A stretch of DNA of 64,000 nucleotides from a virus. Both the position numbers and the translations under genes were made by a program. The notes below the pieces were generated by a model. The model had not been told where the DNA came from. It saw only the letters and a list, made by a program, of their open reading frames with translations, and did not search any database. Numbering within the stretch: position 1 is the first letter of the stretch; every line of letters begins with the position of its first letter. Location: IMG/VR virus record IMGVR_UViG_3300005573_000063, positions 58,097 to 122,096 of that record. One strand, written 5' to 3'. Positions 20,314-30,816 of the stretch are shown one piece after another.

Positions 20314-22321
20314 AGTAACAAAACGCAATGTGGAGACAATTCTCAATGCCAACCTGGATTTGTATACCCAGGCTGTTGATGCATTGACTCCTCAACCTGT
20401 CAAAATTCCTATTTGTGACTTTGTAGAAAGACCAGACTATCTAGGTCACCGATTGTATCCTCGTCAAAAAGCACTCTTAAAGCTCATATTTCTTGAGATA
20501 GAGAATATGACGGAGTACGAGAAAGATGTAATCACTGAGTGGGGAACGAATTTTAATCCCTCGGGCTTAGCTTTAGGGATTTCTCCAGATGTTTGGAAAA
20601 GAGTAAACTGGCTTAAAGCCAATGGGTATTCTCACTTTCGAGAAGTAGTCAATATTACAGGGCGTCGTGGAGGAAAGGGTTATCTAGGGGGAGTAATCAC
20701 TGCGTACTTAGCTTGGAATCTTCTCAAGTTAGATAGCCCTCAAGATTATTACAATATTGACCCAGACAAAGATATTTACATCTACACCGTAGCTACGAAC
20801 GTAGAGCAGGCCACCAAACAGCAATTTGCTGACATTGCAAACGTAATCATTAACTCCCAATGCTTCCATAAGTATCTGGACGAAGGGTCTGGAGAACGAG
20901 CATTATATTTGCGTACTCCTGCAGATATTCGTAAGATTGCTCAACTTGAGGCTCAAGGAATTCGACTGAACCGCAGAATAGCCTCTGTCCGAATCCAACC
21001 TGTATCTTCTAATGCATCGTCTAGTCGTGGCGCTGCTGTGTATTCAGTAATCTTTGACGAGATGGCTCACATGCAAGGAGGGCTCAATGGCCCTCGTACT
21101 GCGGAAGAGGTTTACAACGCTATTACGCCTGCACTTGACCAGTTCAAGAAAGATGGGTTTATCTATGTCCCAACTTCGCCATACACCAAAATTGGCAAAG
21201 CCTATCAGCTCTATGAAAATGCTTTAGAAACCTCAATGGATCAGGCTGTTCCTCTTTATCCCAACATGCTAGCTATTCAGCTAACATCATGGGATCCTTT
21301 CAAGGACTGGGATGAACCTGAAAAGACTGGCCAAGTATTCGAAGATGCTCCTCAGAGGTACGATGAACAAATGAAATTGCTGCAGTCCCGAGATCCACAG
21401 ACTTTCTCCGTAGAAAGAATGTCTCAATGGTCTGAGGTAATTAATGCGTACCTTAATCCTAAAATTGTAGATAGGATTTTTGAACCATTTTGGGATGGCA
21501 CTAGTATGCGAACTCTTTCCCCTGTTGATCGTGGGCAGATGAGATATACTTATCGTTGTCATATTGACCCATCTCACACTCAAGCTAATTTTGCTGCAGC
21601 TATTGCTCACTGCGAAAAGATTCCTGATGAGACGGGGGAAGAATGGTATCATGTCATAGTGGACTGGAACAAAGTATGGAAGCCTTACCAATTCGAGGAT
21701 CACCAAGTAGATTATAATGAAATTGAAAAACACCTTCTGGACACTTTTTTGAATTTCCCTACTCTTCAATTTATAACTTTAGACCAGTATGGATCGTTTG
21801 TCACTATTCCGCGACTAAAGAAGGTATTGCGTGAGGTAGGACATCAGGCTAGAGTGTCGGAAGAGGTGGCTACAGCCAAATCCAATATGCGTTGTTATGA
21901 AAGATTTAAGGCAGCTATTGGGATGGGATGGGTGCATGCCTTCCCGGATGAGTTTGGGGAAAATAATACGTGCCTGCTGTCCGATGAATTGAAGTTTCTG
22001 CAGTTGACAAATGGGAAGGTTGATCGCCAACAAATTGGTGGTTTGACAACTAAAGATTTGTCTGATACAGTGGTACATCTAGTAGACCTTCTCCTGGAGG
22101 ATAATTTTAGACGACTAGAGATGCGTCAAAGATTAGGTAGTGCTGAGTTGACAGTAGGGGGTCAAGGAGGCTATCATAGTACCATTACAGGCAAAGATAG
22201 TGCACGAGAAAAATTAGGAGGGTCGAGGCTCAAGGCTACTGAATTTTACTCTAAAGGGAATCGTAATAATGCCCGTCCCTATTATGGAGGGATGGCAAAT
22301 CGAATAAGTCGAGGTAGATAA
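20306..22321 (+). CDS. terL: terminase large subunit
   Basis: GRRGGKG Walker A, VIFDEMAH Walker B, TSP coupling motif, HIDPS...KDLSD nuclease acidic residues. Confidence 0.9.
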   Translation: MPRVTKRNVETILNANLDLYTQAVDALTPQPVKIPICDFVERPDYLGHRLYPRQKALLKLIFLEIENMTEYEKDVITEWGTNFNPSGLALGISPDVWKRVNWLKANGYSHFREVVNITGRRGGKGYLGGVITAYLAWNLLKLDSPQDYYNIDPDKDIYIYTVATNVEQATKQQFADIANVIINSQCFHKYLDEGSGERALYLRTPADIRKIAQLEAQGIRLNRRIASVRIQPVSSNASSSRGAAVYSVIFDEMAHMQGGLNGPRTAEEVYNAITPALDQFKKDGFIYVPTSPYTKIGKAYQLYENALETSMDQAVPLYPNMLAIQLTSWDPFKDWDEPEKTGQVFEDAPQRYDEQMKLLQSRDPQTFSVERMSQWSEVINAYLNPKIVDRIFEPFWDGTSMRTLSPVDRGQMRYTYRCHIDPSHTQANFAAAIAHCEKIPDETGEEWYHVIVDWNKVWKPYQFEDHQVDYNEIEKHLLDTFLNFPTLQFITLDQYGSFVTIPRLKKVLREVGHQARVSEEVATAKSNMRCYERFKAAIGMGWVHAFPDEFGENNTCLLSDELKFLQLTNGKVDRQQIGGLTTKDLSDTVVHLVDLLLEDNFRRLEMRQRLGSAELTVGGQGGYHSTITGKDSAREKLGGSRLKATEFYSKGNRNNARPYYGGMANRISRGR

Positions 22322-22606
22322 TTGAATAGTGAGGAACAGCATGCATTTAACGAAGCATGGAGAGATATTGTCAAGTACAATTCTTCCACCAAAACTGCTT
22401 CGGTAGCAGTTGAATTTCTTCTGGAAGAGTTAAAAGCATTATTGGGGCGAACATCGGGAGTTATCACCTCTTTGGAATGGGGTGGGTATCTGGATATTAT
22501 TACTCAGTTAAATCAGCTTTTAAAAGAGTTGTCCACAGAAGAAGAAGAAAGGATCCAGAATGAGTCCGCTTATCAACAAATTATCTTTGATTTCTCTGGC
22601 AGTTAA
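22322..22606 (+). CDS. hypothetical protein
   Basis: ORF directly after terL with GAGG RBS. Confidence 0.5.
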   Translation: MNSEEQHAFNEAWRDIVKYNSSTKTASVAVEFLLEELKALLGRTSGVITSLEWGGYLDIITQLNQLLKELSTEEEERIQNESAYQQIIFDFSGS

Positions 22607-22901
22607 GAGGTTTTTCCAGCCAAAGCGTTCCCACGATACAGTGAAGAGTCTTTTGCAAGCTGGATGGCATTTTTATATTCACTACCATGGCTCGGAAGAG
22701 GGAAGAGTAGCAGTTTGCTTGCAAAAATCCTATCCATGGGATGTGGTGATTTTTCTTCATCATTACTCCTGGTACTGGAAGTATATCCTGTTTCAGGATG
22801 GGGCGTTTGTCATTCAGGACGATGCAAACACGCTAGAAGAATGTCTTGAAAAGATGACTGAATCTATTCATCAGTCCGAAATCTTTCTCCATTCCTCTTA
22901 A
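22560..22901 (+). CDS. hypothetical protein
   Basis: 113-aa ORF in operon orientation. Confidence 0.45.
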   Translation: MSPLINKLSLISLAVKRFFQPKRSHDTVKSLLQAGWHFYIHYHGSEEGRVAVCLQKSYPWDVVIFLHHYSWYWKYILFQDGAFVIQDDANTLEECLEKMTESIHQSEIFLHSS

Positions 22902-22927
22902 GTTTGTAATAATATGTAAAATCAGAC

Positions 22928-22952
22928 CCTCCTAGTCCTATTGACTAGGAGG
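22928..22952 (+). promoter_or_regulatory. RBS-sequestering hairpin
   Basis: CCTCCTAGTC-ctatt-GACTAGGAGG perfect 10-bp stem covering AGGAGG 7 nt before ATG 22960. Confidence 0.7.
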
Positions 22953-22959
22953 CTTTGAT

Positions 22960-23703
22960 ATGGCTTTAATAACTGATTTCAAAACTGAATATAGGCGTAT
23001 TCTTCATGAGAGAGTAGTAGACGGTAAGCGTTTAGGTCGCCATATCTATATTACCCCAGAAGATATTGCAGCTAATCCAGTTACTCCGGTTCTTCCCGCA
23101 AATGCTCAAGTAAAAGCTCAAGAATGGAATAGGTTTATTCCTATTCTTAACCAAGGCTCACTCGGCAGTTGTACAGCTCAAGCTACTATAGGGCTCTTTG
23201 GAACCGCTCCCTTTTATGTAGCTGGACGTACTCTTGATGAGGCCGAAACTATTACATTTTATGAATATGAAACTACTATAGATGGATTAGGTGCTCCTTA
23301 CCCTCCTGATGACCGGGGTTCTACTGGAGCTGCTGCTCTTCAAACTGCTATTCATTTTGGATACACAACAAGCTATTATTATCCTCTCACTGTGGAAGAA
23401 ACCTTCCTTACTCTTAGCAGTTATGGTCCCTGTATATTGGGGATTAACTGGTACGATAGTTTTGACTCTCCCGATTCTAATGGTGTAGTGCAACTTCCTC
23501 CTACAGCCACTATTCGAGGGGGGCATGAAATAGAATGTCTAGGAATTGATCCTCAGGCAAATCTTCTTAAATGTGCTAATTCTTGGTCCTCAGCATGGGG
23601 GCAAGGAGGGTACTTCTATATACCCTTCTCAGTTTTTGAAACACTTCTTAATCAAGAGGGTACTGTAGGTACTGCAGCTCTTCCTTCTTCCCCCGCTTCA
23701 TAA
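22960..23703 (+). CDS. papain-like (C1) cysteine protease
   Basis: NQGSLGSC, GGHEI, ANSWSSAWGQGGYF catalytic motifs. Confidence 0.9.
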   Translation: MALITDFKTEYRRILHERVVDGKRLGRHIYITPEDIAANPVTPVLPANAQVKAQEWNRFIPILNQGSLGSCTAQATIGLFGTAPFYVAGRTLDEAETITFYEYETTIDGLGAPYPPDDRGSTGAAALQTAIHFGYTTSYYYPLTVEETFLTLSSYGPCILGINWYDSFDSPDSNGVVQLPPTATIRGGHEIECLGIDPQANLLKCANSWSSAWGQGGYFYIPFSVFETLLNQEGTVGTAALPSSPAS

Positions 23704-23724
23704 TTTATGAAAGTAGACTTCTAA

Positions 23725-25029
23725 ATGCCTTCTTATGTTCTTTCTACAGATAATGTATCTGACAATTTCGATATGATGCCTATGACTATGCCTGGAGTGG
23801 ATCCTTCTAGTGCTTTAGCTGATCCATCTGCACAGATGAATACTACTACGGACTCTCTTGATCCTTCTCTTCAGAACAATAGTAGCCCTCCTCCCTCTGC
23901 TGCAACGGCCAATAATCATTGGGGAGTGGATACTTACCGTAAAGTATTGGGAACTAGCTCGGACCTTTACAGTCAGGGTTATTTGGACCGCTCTAATGAT
24001 GATCCAATGGATGAGAATATGGCTGTTCTCTCGGATGATTATCTACATGGCTTTGACGAAGCTGGCTTTTATACCGAAAATGCTCAAGAATCTGCCCCTC
24101 AGAATATTCAGCCTATTAATGAGGATGAGAAGGACTTGAAGAGAAATCCTGTAGCTCGCACGATATTTAGAGGAGGCCATTGGGGATTGAATGAGCCAAA
24201 TGATATGCTTTCTCCGGACAAGTCTACTCAGGAAGCTGATCCTTCCGAATACGATCCTAATACTGAAGGAGATCCTACATTGCGTAAGTCTATGCCCCCA
24301 AGTTATGAAGATTCAGGAGTGGGATTTGTCAGCGCATCTGTAAGAAATGCTCAAGAAGTTCTTTCTGATAATACTTGGTTCAAGGGGGATTCTCAGTCTA
24401 TCTCGAACCGTCTGGACACTCTAGAGAAGTGTATCAAAGAAGTAAGACGCACTGCTTCTCATGTCGGTCTAGATGAAAGAGAATTGGCGACACTAGGAAC
24501 CATAGCCTCTCACTTGGAATTAGAAAAGAATGATCTGACAAAGGTAGCTTCTGAATATGTTGATTTCTCTATGCAGGAATATTACCAGTCGTTGCCGGGA
24601 GGAGTTGTAGCCCAGAACTACGCTTCTCTCACTGCTAATTCGGAATTAGGGGAAGACGATGGAACATTCCTTTATCGAGAAGCTAAAAAAGTAGTAGATG
24701 AAGTTCAAAATATGAATTGGGATGCCTACGTTACACTAGGTGCTCGTCTCTGGGTACTAGACCAGGATGAGAAACTGCTTCAATCTAAAGAGGCTACCAA
24801 AGATGCTGCTCTTTATCATGTTTTCCAAGACTCTCTTCCCATTAGAGAAGCTTCTGTGAGGGAAAAGGTAATAGAGGGATTTGTTGAGAACGTTGAAAAA
24901 GAACGTGCTCAACTATCTGCTGCTAATAGAACTCGTAAAAATGCTACTAAGACTGCAGCCGTAGCTCACAAGGAATCCATTACTCAAGATATGGAAGATT
25001 ATTTTGGTCCTACTACTTTGTGGGTATAA
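23725..25029 (+). CDS. acidic hypothetical protein, probably head-associated
   Basis: low-complexity acidic N-half; RRTAS/KVAS/KTAA motifs. Confidence 0.6.
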   Translation: MPSYVLSTDNVSDNFDMMPMTMPGVDPSSALADPSAQMNTTTDSLDPSLQNNSSPPPSAATANNHWGVDTYRKVLGTSSDLYSQGYLDRSNDDPMDENMAVLSDDYLHGFDEAGFYTENAQESAPQNIQPINEDEKDLKRNPVARTIFRGGHWGLNEPNDMLSPDKSTQEADPSEYDPNTEGDPTLRKSMPPSYEDSGVGFVSASVRNAQEVLSDNTWFKGDSQSISNRLDTLEKCIKEVRRTASHVGLDERELATLGTIASHLELEKNDLTKVASEYVDFSMQEYYQSLPGGVVAQNYASLTANSELGEDDGTFLYREAKKVVDEVQNMNWDAYVTLGARLWVLDQDEKLLQSKEATKDAALYHVFQDSLPIREASVREKVIEGFVENVEKERAQLSAANRTRKNATKTAAVAHKESITQDMEDYFGPTTLWV

Positions 25030-25039
25030 ATAGCTCAGG

Positions 25040-25068
25040 TTGCGTTTGTCCCTCACTCATGGTACACT
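25040..25068 (+). promoter_or_regulatory. sigma70/SigA-type promoter
   Basis: TTGCGT-17 nt-TACACT with extended TG. Confidence 0.55.
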
Positions 25069-25111
25069 TCCTGATAGGCACTTTACTCCTACAGAAAGGA
25101 TGCAATAAATA

Positions 25112-25480
25112 ATGGATAATCCTCGCATAATTGATTTGCGAAAGTGGACCGAAAAGGGGACCCATATGTGGCAGTTGGAGTATGACTGTCCCGTATGTCC
25201 TCGTTCTTTTCATGCTGAAGTGTATATTGGTATGTACGCAGCCGGTATGGAAGAAGTTCCTCTATTTGGAGAGCTTTCTTCAGGGCTTTTTCTGATTCGT
25301 CAAGCTACTGCATTTATTGCATATCCTCCAGATGCAGACGGGGAAGATGCAATTTCTCAAACCAAAAGTGTGGTTTCTCAAAACCTCGGTCAACTTATCT
25401 TTTCTCATCTTGTTGAAGAGCCTGAGGTCCATGCCTCGTTCTTCCCTCCTGGCTCTTCTCATGGGCACAATCATTCTTAG
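25112..25480 (+). CDS. hypothetical protein with CPVC motif and His-rich tail
   Basis: CPVC; ends SSHGHNHS. Confidence 0.6.
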   Translation: MDNPRIIDLRKWTEKGTHMWQLEYDCPVCPRSFHAEVYIGMYAAGMEEVPLFGELSSGLFLIRQATAFIAYPPDADGEDAISQTKSVVSQNLGQLIFSHLVEEPEVHASFFPPGSSHGHNHS

Positions 25481-25494
25481 CAAAGGTTTTAAGT

Positions 25495-26697
25495 ATGCGT
25501 ACTTTCACTCGGCGTCCTCGTACGGCAAAGAAAACTGTATTCGATGTTGTAATTAATGAATCCCTGTTGCCCGATCAACGAGCAGCAGTCATTCAGTCAT
25601 TAGAGCGTCTTTTTGCTGGGTACTTACCAGAAGTCGAGGTAGAATACACTAAGAATAAAGTTACAGTTTCTTTGACGGAAGACGGTGAATTTACTCGTCT
25701 TACTCCCAAAGATGTCTACAATAAGCTCCAATGGAACCGAAATACAGATGTCGTAAAAGAGGGAGCTACAGCATATGAGCCTGCGTGCTTAAATTGTGGA
25801 AGCTTTGAAGTAAAGTCTACCTCTAAGAACCGATTTAAGTGTAACTCATGTGGCTTTGGTTGGGAGAACCCTGGTTTTTGGGAAGTAGAAGAATTCTCTC
25901 CTAGTGATGAGGTAAAAACTGCGGGTGTTGCTGATGATTTTGATGGGGATATGGATGCGTTTTATAGAGCCCATGATCCTCATGATACAGCGGTGCAAGA
26001 TGATGATGAAGGAGATGACGATGATCCTGAAAGTGAATATCTTCGTCAGAAACAATCTTCTCGTTCTCCCTTAATGTGTCAAGTATGTAAATTCGGGAGA
26101 TTGACAGTTCATATCGCCGCAACAAATAGAGTTGCCTGCGATACATGTGGGTGTCAAGAAGATATAGATGAAGATGATTCTCATCTCCTTAATAAAGATT
26201 TCGAAAGTGATGACCGTGAGAAGTGTCCTTCTTGTGGTTCTTCCCATATTGAATATGACGATGAAGATGCTGCATCTCATTGTGGAGAGTGTGGAATTGT
26301 AACGGGAGCTTATCAGGACCTAGAGTTTTTTGCTCCTATCCTAGGCTCTCTTGGCCCTCAGCCTACAGGCTTTGCTAATCAAGACCCGGACCCTCAAGGT
26401 AATAGAGAAGGCATCATTGCTCAAGGAGATATCTTGGGAGAAGACCCGTATATGCCCTTCCCTGTGGCTCATCGCTTAGCCAGTGAGCAATGGATGACTG
26501 ATGAAGGGGTAGGGGGGTTGATTGGAGAGGGTATGAGTCCTGAATCTGCAAATACTCGGGTAGATGATATTGGCAGTGAGGATCAAAATGATCCTACGGG
26601 ATGGAAGAGTCCTGCAGGAGAATACTCTTTACGTGATACTCCACAAGCAGCTGGGGGACAAGAAATTATTCCAGATGTAAGTTCTTGGTATAGCTAG
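25495..26697 (+). CDS. multi-zinc-ribbon acidic protein
   Basis: three paired CxxC ribbons (CLNC/CNSC, CQVC/CDTC, CPSC/CGEC). Confidence 0.7.
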   Translation: MRTFTRRPRTAKKTVFDVVINESLLPDQRAAVIQSLERLFAGYLPEVEVEYTKNKVTVSLTEDGEFTRLTPKDVYNKLQWNRNTDVVKEGATAYEPACLNCGSFEVKSTSKNRFKCNSCGFGWENPGFWEVEEFSPSDEVKTAGVADDFDGDMDAFYRAHDPHDTAVQDDDEGDDDDPESEYLRQKQSSRSPLMCQVCKFGRLTVHIAATNRVACDTCGCQEDIDEDDSHLLNKDFESDDREKCPSCGSSHIEYDDEDAASHCGECGIVTGAYQDLEFFAPILGSLGPQPTGFANQDPDPQGNREGIIAQGDILGEDPYMPFPVAHRLASEQWMTDEGVGGLIGEGMSPESANTRVDDIGSEDQNDPTGWKSPAGEYSLRDTPQAAGGQEIIPDVSSWYS

Positions 26698-26780
26698 GGA
26701 ATGGTTTCTTTTTAGAGACGTTATACTAGAGGTACCATCCTAGAGTGATGGGCTGAGATAATGAAAGGTAATGAAATAAT

Positions 26781-27017
26781 ATGGTTAACTTTTTCAAGAA
26801 ATTGTGGGATCGTACTGTAGTTGCAACTGGACTTAGTGTAGGTTCTGCAGCTCTTTTCGTTCTGCAGCTTTTTAATATTCCTGCAGTTCAGTTGAGCACT
26901 GTTTCAGGAATGTCAGTTCATGCAGTTGTATTAGCCCTTCTTGGTGCTGTCACTGGTCTATTTGTCCATCACACCTTGAAGAATGCAAGTCCTGCTAAGC
27001 CTGCACCTAAGGCTTAG
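26781..27017 (+). CDS. small two-TM membrane protein (holin-like)
   Basis: two hydrophobic helices with a basic C-terminus. Confidence 0.55.
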   Translation: MVNFFKKLWDRTVVATGLSVGSAALFVLQLFNIPAVQLSTVSGMSVHAVVLALLGAVTGLFVHHTLKNASPAKPAPKA

Positions 27018-27020
27018 CCT

Positions 27021-27611
27021 ATGAGTAAGAAAATTAGTGCGGTAGTCCCTCCATCCACAGTTCGATGGTTCCCCCCTGGTGAGAGTTGTTTAGATACTCA
27101 ACCAACAGATGTAATATTGGTTAAACATCTAACTGGGTCTTTTTTCTCGGTCTTACCAGGGATGGGAATTCGTTTTGGAGAATGGCTGCGTTCTTCTACC
27201 AGGCCAGGAGCATGGTGCGATCACGCAATGGGAGTTATGCAGGGAGGCGCCAATGCTGTGGTTATTCAAGAGACGGCTAAAGGCTCTATTCTTACCAACC
27301 TCTCTGCATTCAAAGAGGATCTTTATTGTGTCATCTCAGTAGATGCTGATCCAGTATTGCGAGCTGAAACCCTTAAGTTCTGGAATTGGACGCTAGGTTC
27401 AGGTTATGGATGGCTTTCTATCCCCGCAGACGGACTAGATGATCTTACTGGCCTACACCTATCTGTAGGTACGTATGGCAGAATGGTATGTTCATCTCAG
27501 GTGTCACGAGGACTTGAAAGAATGGGTCTAATTCCAGATAGAGACTCTACGGCTGTACAGCCAGCAAATTTGGCAATCTATTTTCACGCAATAAATCCTC
27601 CTAAATACTAA
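27021..27611 (+). CDS. permuted papain-like NlpC/P60 (YiiX-type) amidase
   Basis: DVILV...DHAMG (His first), GSGYGW, MVCSSQV (Cys last). Confidence 0.65.
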   Translation: MSKKISAVVPPSTVRWFPPGESCLDTQPTDVILVKHLTGSFFSVLPGMGIRFGEWLRSSTRPGAWCDHAMGVMQGGANAVVIQETAKGSILTNLSAFKEDLYCVISVDADPVLRAETLKFWNWTLGSGYGWLSIPADGLDDLTGLHLSVGTYGRMVCSSQVSRGLERMGLIPDRDSTAVQPANLAIYFHAINPPKY

Positions 27612-27619
27612 GGATCCAT

Positions 27620-28006
27620 ATGAAAGCTCATCTAGATCAATTGTATGATTGGATGGATCATTGGATTTTTCGTCCCTATATCTATATAACTGCTCACCCT
27701 ATTTTCATTTTCCTGCTGATTATTTTAGGTATTGGATTGGTGGGAGCGTTTGGAATATTTGGGACAACAGTAGGAGAGCTACGCTTTGGTAACTTCACCA
27801 ATGTAGTATCTGCAGTCGGAGCGGTAATTCTTCTTTATCGGCAACAGTACAACCATAAAGAAGTGAAGAAGTTGCATGCAGTTAATCATCAAACAATGAT
27901 GAAGCATGGGCGTCTTATCCGTAGTCATCTTAGCTCAACACGCAATGAAGTAGATTCACTGAAAAAAGAAATAGATTCTTTGAAAACGAGAGGGAAAAAT
28001 GGCTAA
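27620..28006 (+). CDS. membrane protein with C-terminal coiled coil
   Basis: two TM segments followed by a heptad-like tail. Confidence 0.6.
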   Translation: MKAHLDQLYDWMDHWIFRPYIYITAHPIFIFLLIILGIGLVGAFGIFGTTVGELRFGNFTNVVSAVGAVILLYRQQYNHKEVKKLHAVNHQTMMKHGRLIRSHLSSTRNEVDSLKKEIDSLKTRGKNG

Positions 28007-28299
28007 AGTACAGATGATTTTTGAATTTAATCCTATTGAAGACAATGAAGAAGAATTAGTCAACCAACTTGAAGATGTTTTTAACCAAACACTTGAACTT
28101 CTGAGAAATGAGAGCCGAGGAGTAAAAGGTACGTGTGAATCTGTGTGAGCAGGTTTGCGTAGGATTTATGGAACGGAAGAAGAAAATCTTATCAGTAATA
28201 AATAACTCCAAAAAGGATATTAGGTGAAGTATCTTGTTCAGCGTACCTGCGGTGTCCCTATCAAACAGCATGGTACAAAATAGAATGTGAGAAAACTTA

Positions 28300-29118
28300 A
28301 TGACCATTTCCTCTCTAGACTTTCCTGGCACTGATGTATCTTTTGATACCAAAGTTGCCAGGAAGAGTCTTTTCCTGGCTCAAGTTGAGGTGCAGAAAAC
28401 TCTCGGTTCCTTCTTGATGAATGCATCTACTGAAGAAGAATTACTTTCTCGCTTTGCCTATGCTGATGAAGTTCTTACCGATATTGCCTATCGCAAGATG
28501 GGGAGCGTATCGGATTCTAAAGCTAAGCTAGTGCGTGCTCTCCATACACAATGGAAGACTTCTAAATATAAGTACATCCATCAAGATGGAGATCAGTGGG
28601 TAATTACGCAAAAAGGTACTGGGAAGGTTCTATCTCGTCATCCTTCTAAAGAAAAGGCTGAAGAGGCATTCAGAGCTATGATGGAGAGCAAGTATGGCTC
28701 TTCTGATCCCCTAAAAAAAAAGACTAAAATAGCTGCTGATCCTTCTGGTTTCACTCCTACGCATAGTGTAGATTATCGTGATCCCATATCCAAGAACCTT
28801 CCTATGGGACCTCCTAAAGGCACCAAGGTAAAGTTAATTGGAGATGTAGGAGACGGAGCGCATGTATATGTTCAGGACGAATCTGGATTACAGCATCAAC
28901 TAGATAATCACTCTCTTCGTCGTCTTCCCAGTAGAGGCGCATCTAAAACTGCTTCATATCCTCATGGAAGTGAGCTTTTTCATCATTTAATAGATGGCGA
29001 GCATAAGCAGCCCTTAGAGCATCTTGAGTTGATTAGTAGAAGACGCCTTCCTGCCTTTCATAAAAGGGATCATGTCAAGCATGAGTACGAACATTCTCAT
29101 GAAGAAGAAGGAATTTAA
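28300..29118 (+). CDS. multi-module head-associated protein ending in a six-His domain
   Basis: modules separated by KTSK, KIAA, KTAS; C-terminal LFHHLIDGEH...FHKRDH...EHSH. Confidence 0.65.
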   Translation: MTISSLDFPGTDVSFDTKVARKSLFLAQVEVQKTLGSFLMNASTEEELLSRFAYADEVLTDIAYRKMGSVSDSKAKLVRALHTQWKTSKYKYIHQDGDQWVITQKGTGKVLSRHPSKEKAEEAFRAMMESKYGSSDPLKKKTKIAADPSGFTPTHSVDYRDPISKNLPMGPPKGTKVKLIGDVGDGAHVYVQDESGLQHQLDNHSLRRLPSRGASKTASYPHGSELFHHLIDGEHKQPLEHLELISRRRLPAFHKRDHVKHEYEHSHEEEGI

Positions 29119-29675
29119 TGTTAGTAAAAAGAAGAGTTGCCGTAAGAAAGCAAGCTATCATTCAACACCTCGATGCGGGGAAAATTTATCGTGCTCACTT
29201 TGGATGCAATTGTTTGCGTCGCCATGATCCGTGGACTGCGTATGTACGTGTAGATAAGGTCACCTATAAAGAAGAGCCTAGCGCAGAGCTAACGATTCTT
29301 CACTCAGAAGGTCCCTCCATTAGTGGAGGATTTCGATTCTCCATTAAAGAGAGGAATGACCAATGGACTGCTGGGGTAGATGGGGACCCTGTGCATTTTA
29401 GTGCAGTCCCTCAACCTCGTGATAAAGAGAATCAGAAGGAACAAACCATTGAAGAGAAACTGGGAGGAAGGTTTGCCTACACAGCAGACATGAACTCAGA
29501 TGCAGATGAATTCTCCTATAATGGTAATGATGATGCCTCTTCTGGTGATGGAGAAGGAGAGGATCCTGGAATCATCAAAGAGGCTGTAGACCCTATGGAT
29601 CAAACTCAGGTTTCTAATGAGGATGATAATGGAGATGGGGTACCTGTTCGAGCGTTCAGACGTTTTCGTTCCTAA
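29118..29675 (+). CDS. hypothetical protein
   Basis: coupled ORF with acidic C-terminus. Confidence 0.6.
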   Translation: MLVKRRVAVRKQAIIQHLDAGKIYRAHFGCNCLRRHDPWTAYVRVDKVTYKEEPSAELTILHSEGPSISGGFRFSIKERNDQWTAGVDGDPVHFSAVPQPRDKENQKEQTIEEKLGGRFAYTADMNSDADEFSYNGNDDASSGDGEGEDPGIIKEAVDPMDQTQVSNEDDNGDGVPVRAFRRFRS

Positions 29676-29704
29676 TATATTAAAAATATGAGAAGAGATA
29701 AAAT

Positions 29705-30667
29705 ATGAACACAGAAATTTGGCGCATAGCTATGCCCCTAAGGGAGCCTTCTCCAGGGCTTCCTTCTTCTCTTTTCCCAGCCCAAGGAACCACCTCTAAG
29801 GATGGATTAAGGGGCTTTGATCTAACCGAGAAGGATTTGCCTGATTCTATTAAGGCCAAGGCACGTCAACATCTAGTTAATCTAGAGGTTACTCCTAGTA
29901 AAGCTAAGCGTAATTTGATGGATCTTCTAGAGAATGCATCTCCGGAGCATCGTAGAGTAGGAGCTAGTTGGTATCAGGATGCTCATGATGAGGGAGAAAG
30001 ATTTGCCAGGGCTCATGACATACATCCAGATGTTTATCATGGCATAGTTGCAATGTTGTCTCCTGGCACCGAATGGGGGCATAATGTAAAGACTGCTCAA
30101 GATCTCATTGAAAATGGAGACATTAATAGTGCAGCCTATAAAGGCTATCCTCTTCAACTTGAAAAGGCTAAATACTTACTGGAATCTACCAAGGGGCACC
30201 CCAATCCTATTGAGGAGGTAGATAAGCAACTTGGAGGAAACAAGGTACGTAGTTTTTTTAATAACCTTGCGGACCCTGTACATAATGGGAATGATGTGAC
30301 TATTGATACGCACATGTTACGTGCATTAGCTAATGGATTCACTGAGGATAAAAAAGTAGGAAAGCGCCTAGTCCATATTAAAGAGAAAACTAATCTCAGC
30401 TCTAGTCCTTCTTTTCAAGGAGCCTCATTAGGATTGCATCCTTTTGCAAGTGATGCAGTGCGTTCGGTAACTAAGACATTTAACAAGAGGCATGGCACTA
30501 GCTACTCTCCTATGCAGGTGCAGGCAATTATTTGGAGTCACCAAAAGGATCTTTATCCTCAATCTCGTCTAAATGAATTAACCAAAGCCTATCGTGGTTC
30601 GCTAGGAACAGGGCGTCGGCCCAATCCTGGTTCACTAGGACCGATGGATCCGGAGGATATCTTCTAA
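29705..30667 (+). CDS. phage HhH/DNA-glycosylase-like protein
   Basis: WYQDAH, GIVAMLSPGTEW..N, KVRSFFNNL, VTIDTHM, QVQAIIW motifs. Confidence 0.55.
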   Translation: MNTEIWRIAMPLREPSPGLPSSLFPAQGTTSKDGLRGFDLTEKDLPDSIKAKARQHLVNLEVTPSKAKRNLMDLLENASPEHRRVGASWYQDAHDEGERFARAHDIHPDVYHGIVAMLSPGTEWGHNVKTAQDLIENGDINSAAYKGYPLQLEKAKYLLESTKGHPNPIEEVDKQLGGNKVRSFFNNLADPVHNGNDVTIDTHMLRALANGFTEDKKVGKRLVHIKEKTNLSSSPSFQGASLGLHPFASDAVRSVTKTFNKRHGTSYSPMQVQAIIWSHQKDLYPQSRLNELTKAYRGSLGTGRRPNPGSLGPMDPEDIF

Positions 30668-30816
30668 TGTCACGCTTACATGTATATTATGGAATTAATC
30701 CTGAAGAGGAAGCACAGAAGCCACCCAAAAAGGCACAAAAGCTGAGTGTGTATGCGACTCAAAAAGATTGGACTAAAGCACAATTCTTAAGTCTAAACGA
30801 GGAAGAAGAATAAGTC

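Noticed and set aside
12251-22321. Inteins in DnaE, RecA or terminase
   Set aside because: No Hint-block motifs or extra length seen; only the portal has an intein.
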